64,000 bases of DNA from Candidatus Cloacimonadales bacterium (GTDB lineage Bacteria; Cloacimonadota; Cloacimonadia; Cloacimonadales; JAIOQZ01). Positions 1 to 15,114 of this stretch are shown here, one piece after another. The DNA is taken from assembly GCA_963665815.1 (NCBI GenBank), contig OY762463.1, positions 3,808,001 to 3,872,000 of the forward strand, in the 5' to 3' direction. The first letter of the stretch is position 1; each line of letters begins with the position of its first letter. The position numbers and the translations under genes were made by a program. The notes beneath the pieces were generated by a model. It did no database searches, was not told where the DNA came from, and saw only the letters and a program-made list of their open reading frames with translations.

Positions 1-102
<102 letters not shown>

Positions 103-113
103 ACTGATTTAGT

Positions 114-1016
114 ATGCAGAACAAGGAAATTCTGACTGCCAGATTGAATTCATTCAAATTCTATTTAACAGTCGAGAAAGGCTTGGCAGATAACACAATT
201 GAAAGTTATCTGACAGATGTTATCCAGTTTTTTGAGGAAACAGGAAAAGACATCAGCCACACAGATTCTGCTGATATAATAAATTTTTTCGTTAGTTTAC
301 AGGAAATTGGTATCAGTTTCAAAACTATAGCAAGGAAAAGAAGTTCTTTAAAAGTATTCTTCGGTTTTCTGACTGAAGAAGGTATAGAAAATAGTGTGAA
401 TTTTGATGATATTCCGGGAGTAAAAACACCGTCTTTACTACCGGATGTCATTGATGTTGATGAAATGCTGCATTTTCTTGATAGTCTACCGCTGGAAACA
501 GCTCTGGATTACAGAAACAAAGCTATGTTTGAACTTATGTATGCAACAGGATTACGTATCAGTGAGATGCTGAACTTGAGACTTTCCGATCTAATGGAAA
601 GTGAAAAACTCGTAAGAGTATTCGGAAAAGGTCGTAAGGAAAGATATATTCCAGTTGCAGATGAATCTCTTGAATGGATTTTTCAATATATCAGGAGTTA
701 TAGACGTCTCCTGAAGAAGCAGGAGAGAACAGATATTGTTTTTCTGAACAGATCCGGAAATAAGCTTTCAAGAATGGGAGTATGGAAAATAATACAGAAG
801 AAAATGTTTGAGACCGGGATTACAAAACATGTATCCCCGCATACATTCAGGCATTCTTTTGCGACTCATTTACTCCAGTCCGGAACTAATCTCAGAATTG
901 TTCAGGCTTTGCTTGGTCACAGCAGCATAAACACTACTCAGATATATACCAATATTGACATAAAATACTTAAGAGAAGAGCACAGGAAGCATCATCCAAG
1001 AAATCATTTGGAATAA
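114..1016 (+). CDS. xerD: Tyrosine recombinase XerD
   Basis: EKGLADNTIESY N-terminus, YATGLRISE, GKGRKER, HTFRHSFATHLL, LLGH...TTQIYT catalytic motifs. Confidence 0.88.
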   Translation: MQNKEILTARLNSFKFYLTVEKGLADNTIESYLTDVIQFFEETGKDISHTDSADIINFFVSLQEIGISFKTIARKRSSLKVFFGFLTEEGIENSVNFDDIPGVKTPSLLPDVIDVDEMLHFLDSLPLETALDYRNKAMFELMYATGLRISEMLNLRLSDLMESEKLVRVFGKGRKERYIPVADESLEWIFQYIRSYRRLLKKQERTDIVFLNRSGNKLSRMGVWKIIQKKMFETGITKHVSPHTFRHSFATHLLQSGTNLRIVQALLGHSSINTTQIYTNIDIKYLREEHRKHHPRNHLE

Positions 1017-1076
1017 TTATTGCATATTTAATTAACAAGAAGGATACAAAAAAGATAAAGATGGAGGTATTCTCAT

Positions 1077-2072
1077 ATGAGAATCATAAGAAAGAGCGGA
1101 TTAATAATAATGTTGTTACTTGCCTCAGCTTTTATGCTGAATGCGCAGGAATACAGCAGTAGTGAACTTGCAGCTAAAGCTAATCAGGAAGGGATAAAGC
1201 TTTATGATAAGGGTTCATACACTGAAGCTGCAAAGAAATTTGACGAAGCAATGAAGCTTTTCGAAAAATCTGAAAAGGAAGATGGACTCAAGAAAGATAG
1301 AGAAAAATCAGAACTGCTTCAAAGACTTGTAAATTGTAGTGCCCAGGTAAAAGATTATAACAAAGTTGTATTCTATATGGAAAAACAGCTTGAGTCTTCA
1401 CCCAATGATTTGCTGCTTGCAAGAAAAATCAGCCAGGTATACAGAAAGTATCTTGGAGATTTCGATAAAGGTATAGCAGTTCTTGTAAACTTTGATGAAA
1501 AGAAAACAAGTCTGGCTGCAAGAAAACTGATAGCTAAGATTTACTTTCTTGAAAAAGATTATAATAATGCGATTGTATGGTATAACAAATCACTGGAACT
1601 TAAAAAAGATGGTCGTACAATGGCTAAACTCGCTACAGCATTGATGGAAACAGGACAAATTGACAAAGCTATTGTTACGCTTAAAGATTATGTAGCAACA
1701 AATCCAAGTAAAAAAGATAAAGTTAAAATTTATGCTCATTTAGGTACTCTTTATGAAGATATGGCTGATAAAAAGAATGCTATAGCTTATTATCAGAAAT
1801 CAATGAATCTTGAATACAGTTATGAGTTTAATCATAAACTTGTTAAACTGTATTATGAGAGTGGAAATTTCAAGAAAACTGTTGAAGCAGCTAATCTTCT
1901 CAGAAAGAACAAACCGAAATATGAAAGTTATGCAACATATATGGTTGCAATGAGTCTCTATAAAATGAATGAAAAATCTACTGCTTTAACCGAATTCAAG
2001 AAAATCGAAAAAGATAAGAAATACGGAGAGGATGCTCAGCAGTTTGTTAAATTAATTAATCAGGAAATTTAG
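1077..2072 (+). CDS. Secreted tetratricopeptide-repeat protein
   Basis: Signal peptide, several TPR-like helical repeats (AIAYYQKSMNL, AIVWYNKSLEL), GGAGG SD. Confidence 0.8.
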   Translation: MRIIRKSGLIIMLLLASAFMLNAQEYSSSELAAKANQEGIKLYDKGSYTEAAKKFDEAMKLFEKSEKEDGLKKDREKSELLQRLVNCSAQVKDYNKVVFYMEKQLESSPNDLLLARKISQVYRKYLGDFDKGIAVLVNFDEKKTSLAARKLIAKIYFLEKDYNNAIVWYNKSLELKKDGRTMAKLATALMETGQIDKAIVTLKDYVATNPSKKDKVKIYAHLGTLYEDMADKKNAIAYYQKSMNLEYSYEFNHKLVKLYYESGNFKKTVEAANLLRKNKPKYESYATYMVAMSLYKMNEKSTALTEFKKIEKDKKYGEDAQQFVKLINQEI

Positions 2073-2080
2073 GAGACATA

Positions 2081-2818
2081 ATGAAGGCTTTATGTAAATG
2101 GACTATAATTACCGTAATGATTCTGTTAATTGTTGCAGTGTTGACAGGTTGTGACAACAGATCCAGGCATGCACCGGATATCAGTGTTAATATATCTGAT
2201 TCCTCTATTTATAATGAGGCTTCCGGAGATTCAATCAGAAATTCTTCTATTATAAGGATTTCTCTTTCCGGGAATGATGCTATTATCGAGAATCAGAAAA
2301 TATGGTTCATTTATGAGAGAAGTGTAGGAAATCTCTATCCTGTTACTGGAGTTCAGGGTGACAAAGTTTACGCCAGAACTTCTGAAACAGGTTATGTGGA
2401 AGTAATATACAATGCAGACCCAGATAAAGCCGGATTAGAGTCGTTCAGAATTTATGCTCAGGATTATGCTAACAGTTCTGAAGAATTCCATATAATGGTT
2501 TATGATATCCCTGAGATTTCACTTGAAAGTACAACGTCCATCGTGCCAATTTCCAGCCCTGCTGAAACTCTTTATGTTACAGTGGTATTGAATTCCCTGA
2601 GTGCTAACTTTGACAATGAAACTGTCTATTTGGCTCTCAGAGAACAACACTCCGGAATGACGTTGCTTACGGATTCAGTTGTGACTAATGAACATGGAAG
2701 AGCTTCCTTCGAAGTTGTAGCAGGACCTTATGCAGGTTTATGGGGTGTTATCGGTACGATGAAGACATTCAACTTTAAAACTGATGAAGTGGAATTTGAA
2801 CACGAATTTCCTGAGTAA
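2081..2818 (+). CDS. Lipoprotein with Ig-like (Big-1/invasin-like) domains
   Basis: Lipobox LTGC; ARTSETGYV and VVTNEHGRASF resemble the Big-1 T-x-x-x-G motif; AGGAG SD. Confidence 0.6.
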   Translation: MKALCKWTIITVMILLIVAVLTGCDNRSRHAPDISVNISDSSIYNEASGDSIRNSSIIRISLSGNDAIIENQKIWFIYERSVGNLYPVTGVQGDKVYARTSETGYVEVIYNADPDKAGLESFRIYAQDYANSSEEFHIMVYDIPEISLESTTSIVPISSPAETLYVTVVLNSLSANFDNETVYLALREQHSGMTLLTDSVVTNEHGRASFEVVAGPYAGLWGVIGTMKTFNFKTDEVEFEHEFPE

Positions 2819-2847
2819 AAAAGTAACATTTAGATACTATTATATAC

Positions 2848-2872
2848 AGGCTGTCAGTTTTGGCAGCCTTTT
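2848..2872 (+). terminator. Intrinsic terminator
   Basis: AGGCTGTCA-gttt-TGGCAGCCT hairpin followed by T run. Confidence 0.7.
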
Positions 2873-2892
2873 CTATTTTATTCTGCAATTTC

Positions 2893-2920
2893 TTGACAAA
2901 ATGTTAGAGTTAAATATGTT
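2893..2920 (+). promoter_or_regulatory. sigma70-type promoter of tpiA-serS
   Basis: TTGACA-16 nt-TATGTT upstream of tpiA. Confidence 0.5.
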
Positions 2921-2950
2921 TATAAATCCAAAAAAATACGCGAGGTAATT

Positions 2951-3733
2951 ATGAGACCATATATTATAGCCGGCAACTGGAAAATGAATAAGAATTTTGA
3001 AGAAGCTGATGATTTTTTATATCAACTTACAGAGTACGTCGATGCAAATGAGGAAAACCTTGAAGGAATTGATATTGTTGTTGCAACACCTTACCTTTAT
3101 CTTGAAATGGCAACAGATTATTCCGAGAACAGACCTATGTATATCTCCTCTCAAAATGTCAGCGAAAAAGATCAGGGAGCTTATACAGGTGAAGTCTCAG
3201 CTGATATGCTGGAATCACTGGATGTCGGATATTGTATAGTCGGACATTCCGAAAGAAGAAAATACTATAATGATACAGATAAAATTGTGAATATGAAAAT
3301 CCAGCAGCTTCAAAAGAACAATATTGTTCCGATTGTCTGCATTGGAGAAACTGAAGAACAAAGAACAGCCGGAGATACAGAGAAAGTTCTCCTTGCTCAG
3401 CTTAAGGGTGCGTTTGATGGTATTCTCTTTCACGAAGATCAGCCAATTTTGATTGCTTATGAACCTATATGGGCAATTGGTACAGGTAAAACTGCAACTC
3501 CTGAAATTGCTCAGAAAGCACATGCCTTTATCAGAAACTGGTTGAAAGAAAACTATGCAGACAGTGTCTCCGAAAGAGTTCCTCTCCTTTATGGTGGAAG
3601 CGTTAAACCTGCAAATATTAAGGAACTTCTCAGTATGAAAGATATTGATGGAGCCTTGATTGGTGGAGCATCACTAAATATTGATGATTATACAGACATG
3701 ATAAATATTGCGATAGGGATGGTAGAAAAATAA
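2951..3733 (+). CDS. tpiA: Triosephosphate isomerase
   Basis: AGNWKMN, GHSERR, AYEPIWAIGTG, LYGGSVKP motifs. Confidence 0.98.
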   Translation: MRPYIIAGNWKMNKNFEEADDFLYQLTEYVDANEENLEGIDIVVATPYLYLEMATDYSENRPMYISSQNVSEKDQGAYTGEVSADMLESLDVGYCIVGHSERRKYYNDTDKIVNMKIQQLQKNNIVPIVCIGETEEQRTAGDTEKVLLAQLKGAFDGILFHEDQPILIAYEPIWAIGTGKTATPEIAQKAHAFIRNWLKENYADSVSERVPLLYGGSVKPANIKELLSMKDIDGALIGGASLNIDDYTDMINIAIGMVEK

Positions 3734-5001
3734 TGATAGATATTAAATTTCTTAAAGAAAATGTTGAATTAGTTAAACAGGCTGTAGTCAATAAAAACGA
3801 AAAGGCTGATGTCGATAAGATCGTAGCTCTTGACGAACATAAAAGAAAAGTACAATTCAATTTCGATCAATTGAGGGCCAGACAGAATCAGGTTTCAAAG
3901 GAAATTGCCGGAATCAAGAAGCAGAAAGGCGATGCATCTGAATTGCTTGCTGAAATGAAAGATGTGGCTAAGAAGGTTAAAGAGTTATCAGCAGAGCTTG
4001 CTGAACTTGAAACAGGGCTGTATAACGCTGTGCTTGAAATCCCTAACGTTCCTGATGAATGTGTGCCTGTAGGCAAGGATGAAAGCAGTAATAAATATAT
4101 AAGAGAATGGTCTGAGAAGAAGAATTTTGATTTCAAGCCTAAAACCCATGAAGAACTTTCTGAACACCTTCTGGATTTTCAGCGGGGTGGTAAATTAACA
4201 GGTTCAGGATTCCCGGTGTATACTAAGTATGGAGCACTGCTTGAAAGAGCATTGATTAATTTCATGCTGGATACTCATGTATATAAGAATGAATATACAG
4301 AAGTAAAGACTCCTTTTATTGTAAACAGAAAAACAATGACCGGTACCGGTCAGCTGCCTAAATTGGAAAATGATATGTATCATATTAATGAAGATGATCT
4401 TTTCCTTATTCCTACAGCAGAAGTTCCTGTAACAAATCTGCATGCTGATGAAATCTGCCAGAATACAGCATTGCCGATAAAGTATGTTTCATATACTCCA
4501 TGTTTCAGACGAGAAGCAGGGTCATATGGTAAGGATACAAAAGGACTGCAAAGGGTACACCAGTTTAATAAGGTTGAAATGGTTAGATTTGTACGACCTG
4601 AAGACTCTGAGGCTGCCCTCGAGGAAATGGTTGGAAATGCCGAAAAGCTCCTTCAGGATCTTGGTTTACATTATAGAGTAATTGAACTCTGTACAGGTGA
4701 CCTCAGTTTTGCATCAGCCAGAACTTTTGATATTGAAGTATGGGCTCCGGGATCTGAGAAGTATCTTGAGGTATCCTCTGTTAGTAATTTCAGAGATTTT
4801 CAGGCAAGAAGAGCCGGAATTAGATTCAGGGATGTAGATAATAGTGTAAAATTTGTGCATACTTTGAACGGTTCAGGACTGGCAACTCCTCGTACTTTTA
4901 TTGCTCTGATTGAGACCTGGCAGCAGGCAGATGGAAGTATTCAGATACCTGACAAAATAAAATCATATATGCAAGGTATTGAAAAATTAGATTTTAGCTG
5001 A
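3733..5001 (+). CDS. serS: Serine-tRNA ligase
   Basis: N-terminal coiled coil, LIPTAEVP, FRREAG, RVHQFNKVE, HTLNGSGLA. Confidence 0.98.
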   Translation: MIDIKFLKENVELVKQAVVNKNEKADVDKIVALDEHKRKVQFNFDQLRARQNQVSKEIAGIKKQKGDASELLAEMKDVAKKVKELSAELAELETGLYNAVLEIPNVPDECVPVGKDESSNKYIREWSEKKNFDFKPKTHEELSEHLLDFQRGGKLTGSGFPVYTKYGALLERALINFMLDTHVYKNEYTEVKTPFIVNRKTMTGTGQLPKLENDMYHINEDDLFLIPTAEVPVTNLHADEICQNTALPIKYVSYTPCFRREAGSYGKDTKGLQRVHQFNKVEMVRFVRPEDSEAALEEMVGNAEKLLQDLGLHYRVIELCTGDLSFASARTFDIEVWAPGSEKYLEVSSVSNFRDFQARRAGIRFRDVDNSVKFVHTLNGSGLATPRTFIALIETWQQADGSIQIPDKIKSYMQGIEKLDFS

Positions 5002-5029
5002 AAACAGCAAAAAAATGCAATTTTATTTC

Positions 5030-5261
5030 TTGACTTGGATATGCTAATATTGGAGTTTGTCCCTCGTTGCTTGTGCAACACATAGAGTGAAGAGCTTTTC
5101 GGAGCGAGTGAAAAATTGGAACGGAAAACTGTTAACGCAGTAGAGATTTGGAAGTAGAGAATAGTGCTCCTTGAAAATAATTTAAAAAAGTTCTTGACAA
5201 CGAGACATCGATTTTAGATGTTGGCAAAACCTTGCTTCGGTGGGGTAAGTGATCTTTGAAA
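5030..5261 (+). promoter_or_regulatory. rRNA operon leader with tandem promoters and boxB/boxA antitermination sites
   Basis: -35 hexamers TTGACT (5030) and TTGACA (5194); boxA-like TGCTCCTTGAAA (5165) and TGATCTTTGAAA (5250), the latter after a TTCG hairpin at 5229-5246; -10 elements are weak. Confidence 0.6.
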
Positions 5262-5343
5262 GAGTAAATCGAAAAGATAAAGTGAATAGAAGTGGAATGA
5301 GAGAGAATCATGGAAACATGAAGGAAGAGTCATACAAATTTTC

Positions 5344-6901
<1,558 letters not shown>

Positions 6902-6973
6902 ACGAATATTTCTAAAATTCAAAATTATATAATTATCTTCCTATCTCTCATTCCAATCTTATAAATTTTCCGG

Positions 6974-7050
<77 letters not shown>

Positions 7051-7053
7051 GAT

Positions 7054-7129
7054 GGGGGATTAGCTTAGCTGGGAGAGCGCTGCCCTTGCAAGGCAGAGGT
7101 CATCGGTTCGAATCCGATATCCTCCACCA
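7054..7129 (+). tRNA. tRNA-Ala(TGC)
   Basis: GGGGGAT/ATCCTCC acceptor with G3:U70, anticodon TGC, encoded CCA. Confidence 0.97.
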
Positions 7130-7234
7130 ATATTTTTTGATCATTAAAAAAGTTTTAAATAGAAGTGAGATAGAGTGAAAGAGCGAAAAAGAGATAGCGA
7201 TAAACAAAGCTAAAGAATTTTCACATTATAAAAG

Positions 7235-10146
<2,912 letters not shown>

Positions 10147-10188
10147 ATTTTATTCACTCTATCTCATACATTTTAGTCAGGCTATTAA

Positions 10189-10305
10189 TGTGGTGGTTTT
10201 GGCGGTGAGGTCACACCTGTACCCATCCCGAACACAGAAGTTAAGCTCACCTGCGCCGATGGTACTGCTTGGGAAACTGAGTGGGAGAGTAGGTCGCCGC
10301 CACTT
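10189..10305 (+). rRNA. rrf: 5S ribosomal RNA
   Basis: CACCTGTACCCATCCCGAACACAGAAGTTAAG and GAGAGTAGG motifs; flanked by CAGGCTATTAA/TTAATAGCCTG stem. Confidence 0.97.
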
Positions 10306-10341
10306 TAATAGCCTGTCTTTTTTTTATCACTTATTTAACAC

Positions 10342-10365
10342 AAACGACCCATAAAAGGTCGTTTT
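10342..10365. terminator. Likely bidirectional terminator after the rRNA operon
   Basis: AAACGACC-loop-GGTCGTTTT hairpin. Confidence 0.55.
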
Positions 10366-10381
10366 CGTCGTTTATGGGAGT

Positions 10382-12093
10382 TTACTTTATAGCCTCAAGT
10401 GTGTCGGTTATTTCTTTTTTTAGCTTCCTGCAATTGATTAAAAACAGGGAGTCTTTCGAAGAATTTATTTTGTTCTTTATGAATTTTATCAATTTTTCAA
10501 GATTATCCAAAACAAGAATCTTGTCTTTGAGCTCAATACTGCTTAGTGTTTTAACTAGCACTTTGAGATTGTATATAGTCATATTACTAATACCCACTGT
10601 GTTAATTTGATGATTAACTAAAAATGCAAAAATACTTTCAATAAATGTCACTGATCTGAACTGATGCCAATCGATTTTCTCTTTATCGATTATTTTGAAA
10701 ATTTCTCCGAAGTTATTTTTGTTTTTCCTCAGAAGGTAGTCAGAATATTTCCTTGGTACTATATATTTATATTCTGCTGGAAAATAATCATTAATCATTT
10801 TCCCACTAAATATTTCATCTTTAACTCCTCTCCACTTAAATTCGTCATCAGAAGTAAAGTACTCATCGATTTTAGACGAGCATCGTTTTATTAGATCACT
10901 CACCTCAGGTATTGTTGACAGTGATTTTAATCCATTTTTTAATTTAATTAATTGCAATAAACTGTAGTTATCATATCAACATAAGCTTGATACTTATTTA
11001 TAACATCCAACAGCTGTGGTAGTTGGATGTATTGTGATGCATGGAAAATATCTTGCTCATATCGATTAAACTCACTGTTAAGATCTCTAAGCTCATTAAT
11101 TATAGATTTCTTATCAAGAAATCCTTTATAGAAAAAATTGAACATGCCCTTACTATACAAATATGCGAAATAGTAGACTTCATAATTTTTTAGAAAGTAC
11201 ATTGTACCATTTGGGGAATCAAATTCTGAAATGCTATTATCATTGTAATAATATTGTAATGTATCGTTATTCTTGAACTTACCTTTCTTCTCTTCAATAC
11301 CAAGTATCATGCAGGTTATCAGCAGGTTATCGAGCATACTTGATAGCTCGTTTTCAGATGCAAGATTGTGTATAATTCTAAAATTATCCAGGGCATAAGA
11401 ATATGTTCTAAGATTCTTTTCTTTCAGCTCATTGTAGAATACTTCTAAATGAGCAGTATTAGTGAGTAGGTAATACTTATAATTACCATTATATCTGTTT
11501 GTAATCAGATCTTCTAATATGTTGATACCGGTTGGATCAAACTTAAAAGTCTTCCGGATAACTTTTTCTTTTTCCGAAGAATAGTCATTGTGATCTATCT
11601 TTGATTCATTAGAGACAAAAATGACCTTATTGTTTTTCTCAATCAAGTCATCAAGAACGAATCCAAAAATCTCTTTATATGTTAAAGGAGCTGATATTCG
11701 TTCAAGATCGTCCATGACAATGATAAGGTCTTTATAATTCGCAGAGTTCAGACAAAGATTCAAGGCTGTTTCAGAGATATCCGAGGCAATTTTAGTTCCA
11801 TCGAACATCTTAAGTAGTTTGTTTCCAATATTAAAAAAACTACTTACTTTGCCAGAAATCTGATGTATTTCTATAAACAATTTCTTCTTAACATCATTAA
11901 TTGACTTCATCCCATTTAGAGATAAATAAATTATTGTATTCTTTTCTTCGTTAATTGATTTTAAAGATTTAATCAGGCTGTTTTTAATAAAGAAGGTTTT
12001 ACCGATTCCCCAATCACCGTCAATCATATAAGCATAGTCTGTTTTTTCAGCTTTTACATAATCAATTATTGCTTTTGTCAGTCTTTCTTCCAT
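10382..12093 (-). pseudogene. KAP-family P-loop NTPase, split by an apparent 1-nt frameshift near 10975
   Basis: Walker A IDGDWGIGKT, Walker B IIVMDDLER, EKVI motif; the upstream ORF stops at 10948 while a second frame opens at ~10976 (YDNYSLLQLIK) with no SD. Confidence 0.65.
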
Positions 12094-12210
12094 TCATCCT
12101 CCAGTTATTACTGAGTTTAGTAAAATTGAAAGAATGGTGTCAAGCTGCAAATACTGAGTACATATTGTTTAAATATTTCTTGATGTAATTGAAATCATTA
12201 CTTGACTTAA

Positions 12211-12228
12211 AACCTACCGGTCGGTAAG
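12211..12228. promoter_or_regulatory. Putative TetR operator 1
   Basis: Imperfect palindrome AACCTACCGGTCGGTAAG just downstream of TTGACT (-35) in front of tetR. Confidence 0.6.
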
Positions 12229-12236
12229 GTGACGAC

Positions 12237-12836
12237 ATGAATAACACAAAAGAGAAAATTATTAAGAATGCATTGAAATTGTTTCTACAGAAAGGATTCG
12301 ATAGAACTTCGATGAATGACATAGCAAAATCTGTTGATATTTCAAAACCTGCAATATACCATCATTTTGAATCTAAAGAAGGATTGGCTAATGGTGTATT
12401 GGATTATTTTGCAGAAGTTATGAGAGACTGGAGCATTAAAAACTTTAGAACTTGTAAGAATACTTATGAGAGGATTAAGTTTTCGTTCGAATCCATCAAA
12501 AGGTTTCATGAGGTTGAGAAGCTTGTTTTAGGTGAAGAAATAAGCTATAAATATTCATTTAATGATTTTATCATTATTGCCAGTAAAAACAGCGAGAATT
12601 TTAGAAAAAAAATGAAAGAAATAGTAATGAGAACTCTGGAGGTTGGTAAAATGAATATAAGAAAAGGACAAGAATCCGGAGAAATAAGAGCTGATCTGGA
12701 TCCTGATATAATTGCGTTGCAGATGCATTCAATAATTGAAGGATTATCGGTTGTTGCAGCTGCAGATACATTACTCAATCTGGATTTAATTGGTGCAAAG
12801 ATGTTTAAACAGTTCTGGCTTCAAATAAAGAAGTAA
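12237..12836 (+). CDS. TetR/AcrR family transcriptional regulator
   Basis: KIIKNALKLFLQKGF..TSMNDIAKSVDISKPAIYHHFESKE HTH. Confidence 0.93.
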   Translation: MNNTKEKIIKNALKLFLQKGFDRTSMNDIAKSVDISKPAIYHHFESKEGLANGVLDYFAEVMRDWSIKNFRTCKNTYERIKFSFESIKRFHEVEKLVLGEEISYKYSFNDFIIIASKNSENFRKKMKEIVMRTLEVGKMNIRKGQESGEIRADLDPDIIALQMHSIIEGLSVVAAADTLLNLDLIGAKMFKQFWLQIKK

Positions 12837-12855
12837 TTTTTTTAATCAGTAAATA

Positions 12856-12873
12856 TACTTAACGGTAGGTAAG
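12856..12873. promoter_or_regulatory. Putative TetR operator 2
   Basis: TACTTAACGGTAGGTAAG matches operator 1 at 14/18 positions and sits just before the CPBP start codon. Confidence 0.5.
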
Positions 12874-12877
12874 CAAA

Positions 12878-13612
12878 ATGAGAATTATTAAGTTCAAACC
12901 ATACATTGCAATTTCTCTGACAATAATAATCTATTACACAGCTTTGTATGTTATATCAGGGACTGCGTTAATAAGATCTTTTCTGGAATCCTTTTCATAC
13001 ATTAACAGATCGAATTTAATACAATTTTACTTTTTTGTTACTGCAATAGGATTATCTCTGATTTTCTTCAGAGGCAAACTGAGTGAAATCGGATTTAGAT
13101 TACCAGATTTTAAAATTCAGTTGAAATCGATGAAAACTGCTTTATGGGTGTCATTTCTCGAAACAATTTTCTTCTTTATCTGGGTAATTCTAATTGTACC
13201 AAAGAACTCCGGAGGTAGTCATCCTGCAATGAATAAGGGATTCTTAAATACAATTATTTCTGTATGGATTATTGCCAGTTTCTGTGAGGAAGTATTGTAC
13301 AGAGGATTTTTGCAGAGTTCTCTGTATCCATGGAAGAAGTATAGATTTAAAAAGGGTAGGGTTAACATAAGTTTACCTGTATTCATTGGAGCATTGCTTT
13401 TTGGTCTTGGACATTTTTGTTTATTACCTGCTATGGGATTAATGAAAACAATACCAATTGTGATAGGCTGCTTCACAACAGGTCTTGTCGCAGGATACTA
13501 CAGAGAGAAAAGCAAGAGTATACTCCCAGCTTATACATCGCATCTGATATCAAATGTCATCGGATCAAGTCCTATGTGGATCTCGGTAATTGTTAAAGCG
13601 ATAAGCAGTTAA
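12878..13612 (+). CDS. CPBP (CAAX/Abi) family intramembrane glutamic endopeptidase
   Basis: EEVLYRG, FGLGH, HLISN motifs; multiple TM helices. Confidence 0.9.
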   Translation: MRIIKFKPYIAISLTIIIYYTALYVISGTALIRSFLESFSYINRSNLIQFYFFVTAIGLSLIFFRGKLSEIGFRLPDFKIQLKSMKTALWVSFLETIFFFIWVILIVPKNSGGSHPAMNKGFLNTIISVWIIASFCEEVLYRGFLQSSLYPWKKYRFKKGRVNISLPVFIGALLFGLGHFCLLPAMGLMKTIPIVIGCFTTGLVAGYYREKSKSILPAYTSHLISNVIGSSPMWISVIVKAISS

Positions 13613-13614
13613 TC

Positions 13615-13818
13615 TTAATATGAATAAATTTTAAGTGCATCAAGATTCTTTCTTCTTGATTTTCTAGTGAATTTATTGTGCTTTTTCTTTAGCTTACCTT
13701 CATCTAACAATCTGTTGAACTCCTGAAATTCCTTCTCTGTCTCTGTTTTTTCTCCAAAAAATATCTCATTCTCATCAGGGTTCCACAAGAATGGTTCACC
13801 TGTTTCCACGATGTTCAA
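13615..13818 (-). pseudogene. Probable 3' remnant of a hypothetical gene
   Basis: Protein-like composition, TTG start without SD; the frame stays open upstream (HQPGKHIQDFLYSVSDSL) to a stop. Confidence 0.3.
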
Positions 13819-14201
13819 AGAGTCGGAAACAGAATACAGGAAATCCTGTATGTGTTTTCCGGGTTGATGTAGAGAGATTGGTTAAGTGTCAGGGGACAAT
13901 TACGAATTTGTTCCACAGCTAAATCTACTCAGAATGTAATGTCTATGTGCTATTTCAAAACAAAGGTATAAAACTTTTTAATTTAATTTTCGCGAAAACA
14001 GTTTCTTAATATTGATTACGGAAAAAAACAATAAACTATTCCCATTAAGCTAAAGCATTTTAATCAACTATTTAATCATATAGCCTGAAAAGGTTAAAGC
14101 ATCATATTGATACTTTAATTAAAATTCTCAGGAAACTTCACAGGTTTTGACTAATAGTTAGAGTATAACAATTGAAAACAACAAAAACTAAGGAGTTTAT
14201 C

Positions 14202-14585
14202 ATGAAGAAAGTTTTAGTCCTGATCGCACTCGCACTAATGTTTTCAATCGGATTTACTCAAGAGTACAGCGAAGATGTTGTAAAACGAACTGACTGGATT
14301 ATGAAGTATTATACAAAGGAACTCGACCTATCAGAGGAACAGATTAAAACTATCAGACCGATAATTCTTGAGCGGACTGCATTTATGGAAAAGAACATAC
14401 CAGGTAAAAACTCTTCGAAAGAGGAGTGCTTTGAAGCATTAAAGAAATTCAGAGAGGAAAAAAGCGAATATGATAAAAGAATAATTGAGCATCTTGCTAA
14501 AAAGCAGATTAAGAAGTTCGGTGTGATGCAGGATAAACATAGAGATGCTTTCTACAATGTTCGCAAACGAGATAATAGAAGATAA
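14202..14585 (+). CDS. Small secreted helical protein (Spy/CpxP-like)
   Basis: AAGGAG SD then MKKVLVLIALALMF signal peptide; ELDLSEEQ and HLAKKQ resemble LTxxQ repeats. Confidence 0.6.
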   Translation: MKKVLVLIALALMFSIGFTQEYSEDVVKRTDWIMKYYTKELDLSEEQIKTIRPIILERTAFMEKNIPGKNSSKEECFEALKKFREEKSEYDKRIIEHLAKKQIKKFGVMQDKHRDAFYNVRKRDNRR

Positions 14586-14616
14586 GTCGCAATGAGATTA
14601 GAGCTTGAATATGATC

Positions 14617-14651
14617 CAGTCTGCTGATAGATTTCGGCAGCTGTTTTTTTT
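14617..14651 (+). terminator. Intrinsic terminator
   Basis: CTGCTGA...TCGGCAG hairpin plus T8. Confidence 0.6.
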
Positions 14652-15114
14652 ATTTTACTGATTCCTGCATCTCCAGGTCAGACTTTCTATCAATTGATAT
14701 TGACCGATTAAGAATCTTGTGCGAGTAATTAGGATGAATCGTAATTACGCCGATATGAGAATTAAGTTATGAAAGATATTATCATAAGATATTTTTATGA
14801 AGATTATCAAACAAATATGCAGCGGAGCATATGGATTATATATTTCTAAGTAATTAAACTCTTGCTAAATTTAAATATTGACATATTTTGTTATAACAAT
14901 AATTCAAGGGATAAATAAGGGTTTTACGTAAATATTATCCTTATAACCGATGACAATGTCCAAGAATATCGAAGCAAGAATTTAATCAAAGATTTCAGAA
15001 AGTAATAAATGTTCATAAGCGTTACTTTCTTAATGTAGAAAGGGAAAGAACTTAATTTTAATGTAGCAGATAATTAATGTAAATATTTAACAATTAGTTT
15101 TAGGGGATAACTTT

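Noticed and set aside
114..1016. Tyrosine recombinase as a phage or integron integrase
   Set aside because: XerD-like size and motifs, housekeeping context, no integron-specific insertion or attC array seen
2848..2872. GGCTG...CAGCC hairpins recurring at 2848, 22501, 34579 and 61008 as a repeat family
   Set aside because: All lie at gene ends and are adequately explained as intrinsic terminators
12878..13612. CPBP/Abi protein as abortive-infection defence
   Set aside because: The Abi label of this protease family does not imply phage defence; TetR context suggests a regulated membrane protease
13787..13803. AAGAATGGTTCACCTGT as an att duplicate of the tRNA-Lys 3' end
   Set aside because: Short imperfect match inside a coding-like remnant; compatible with chance
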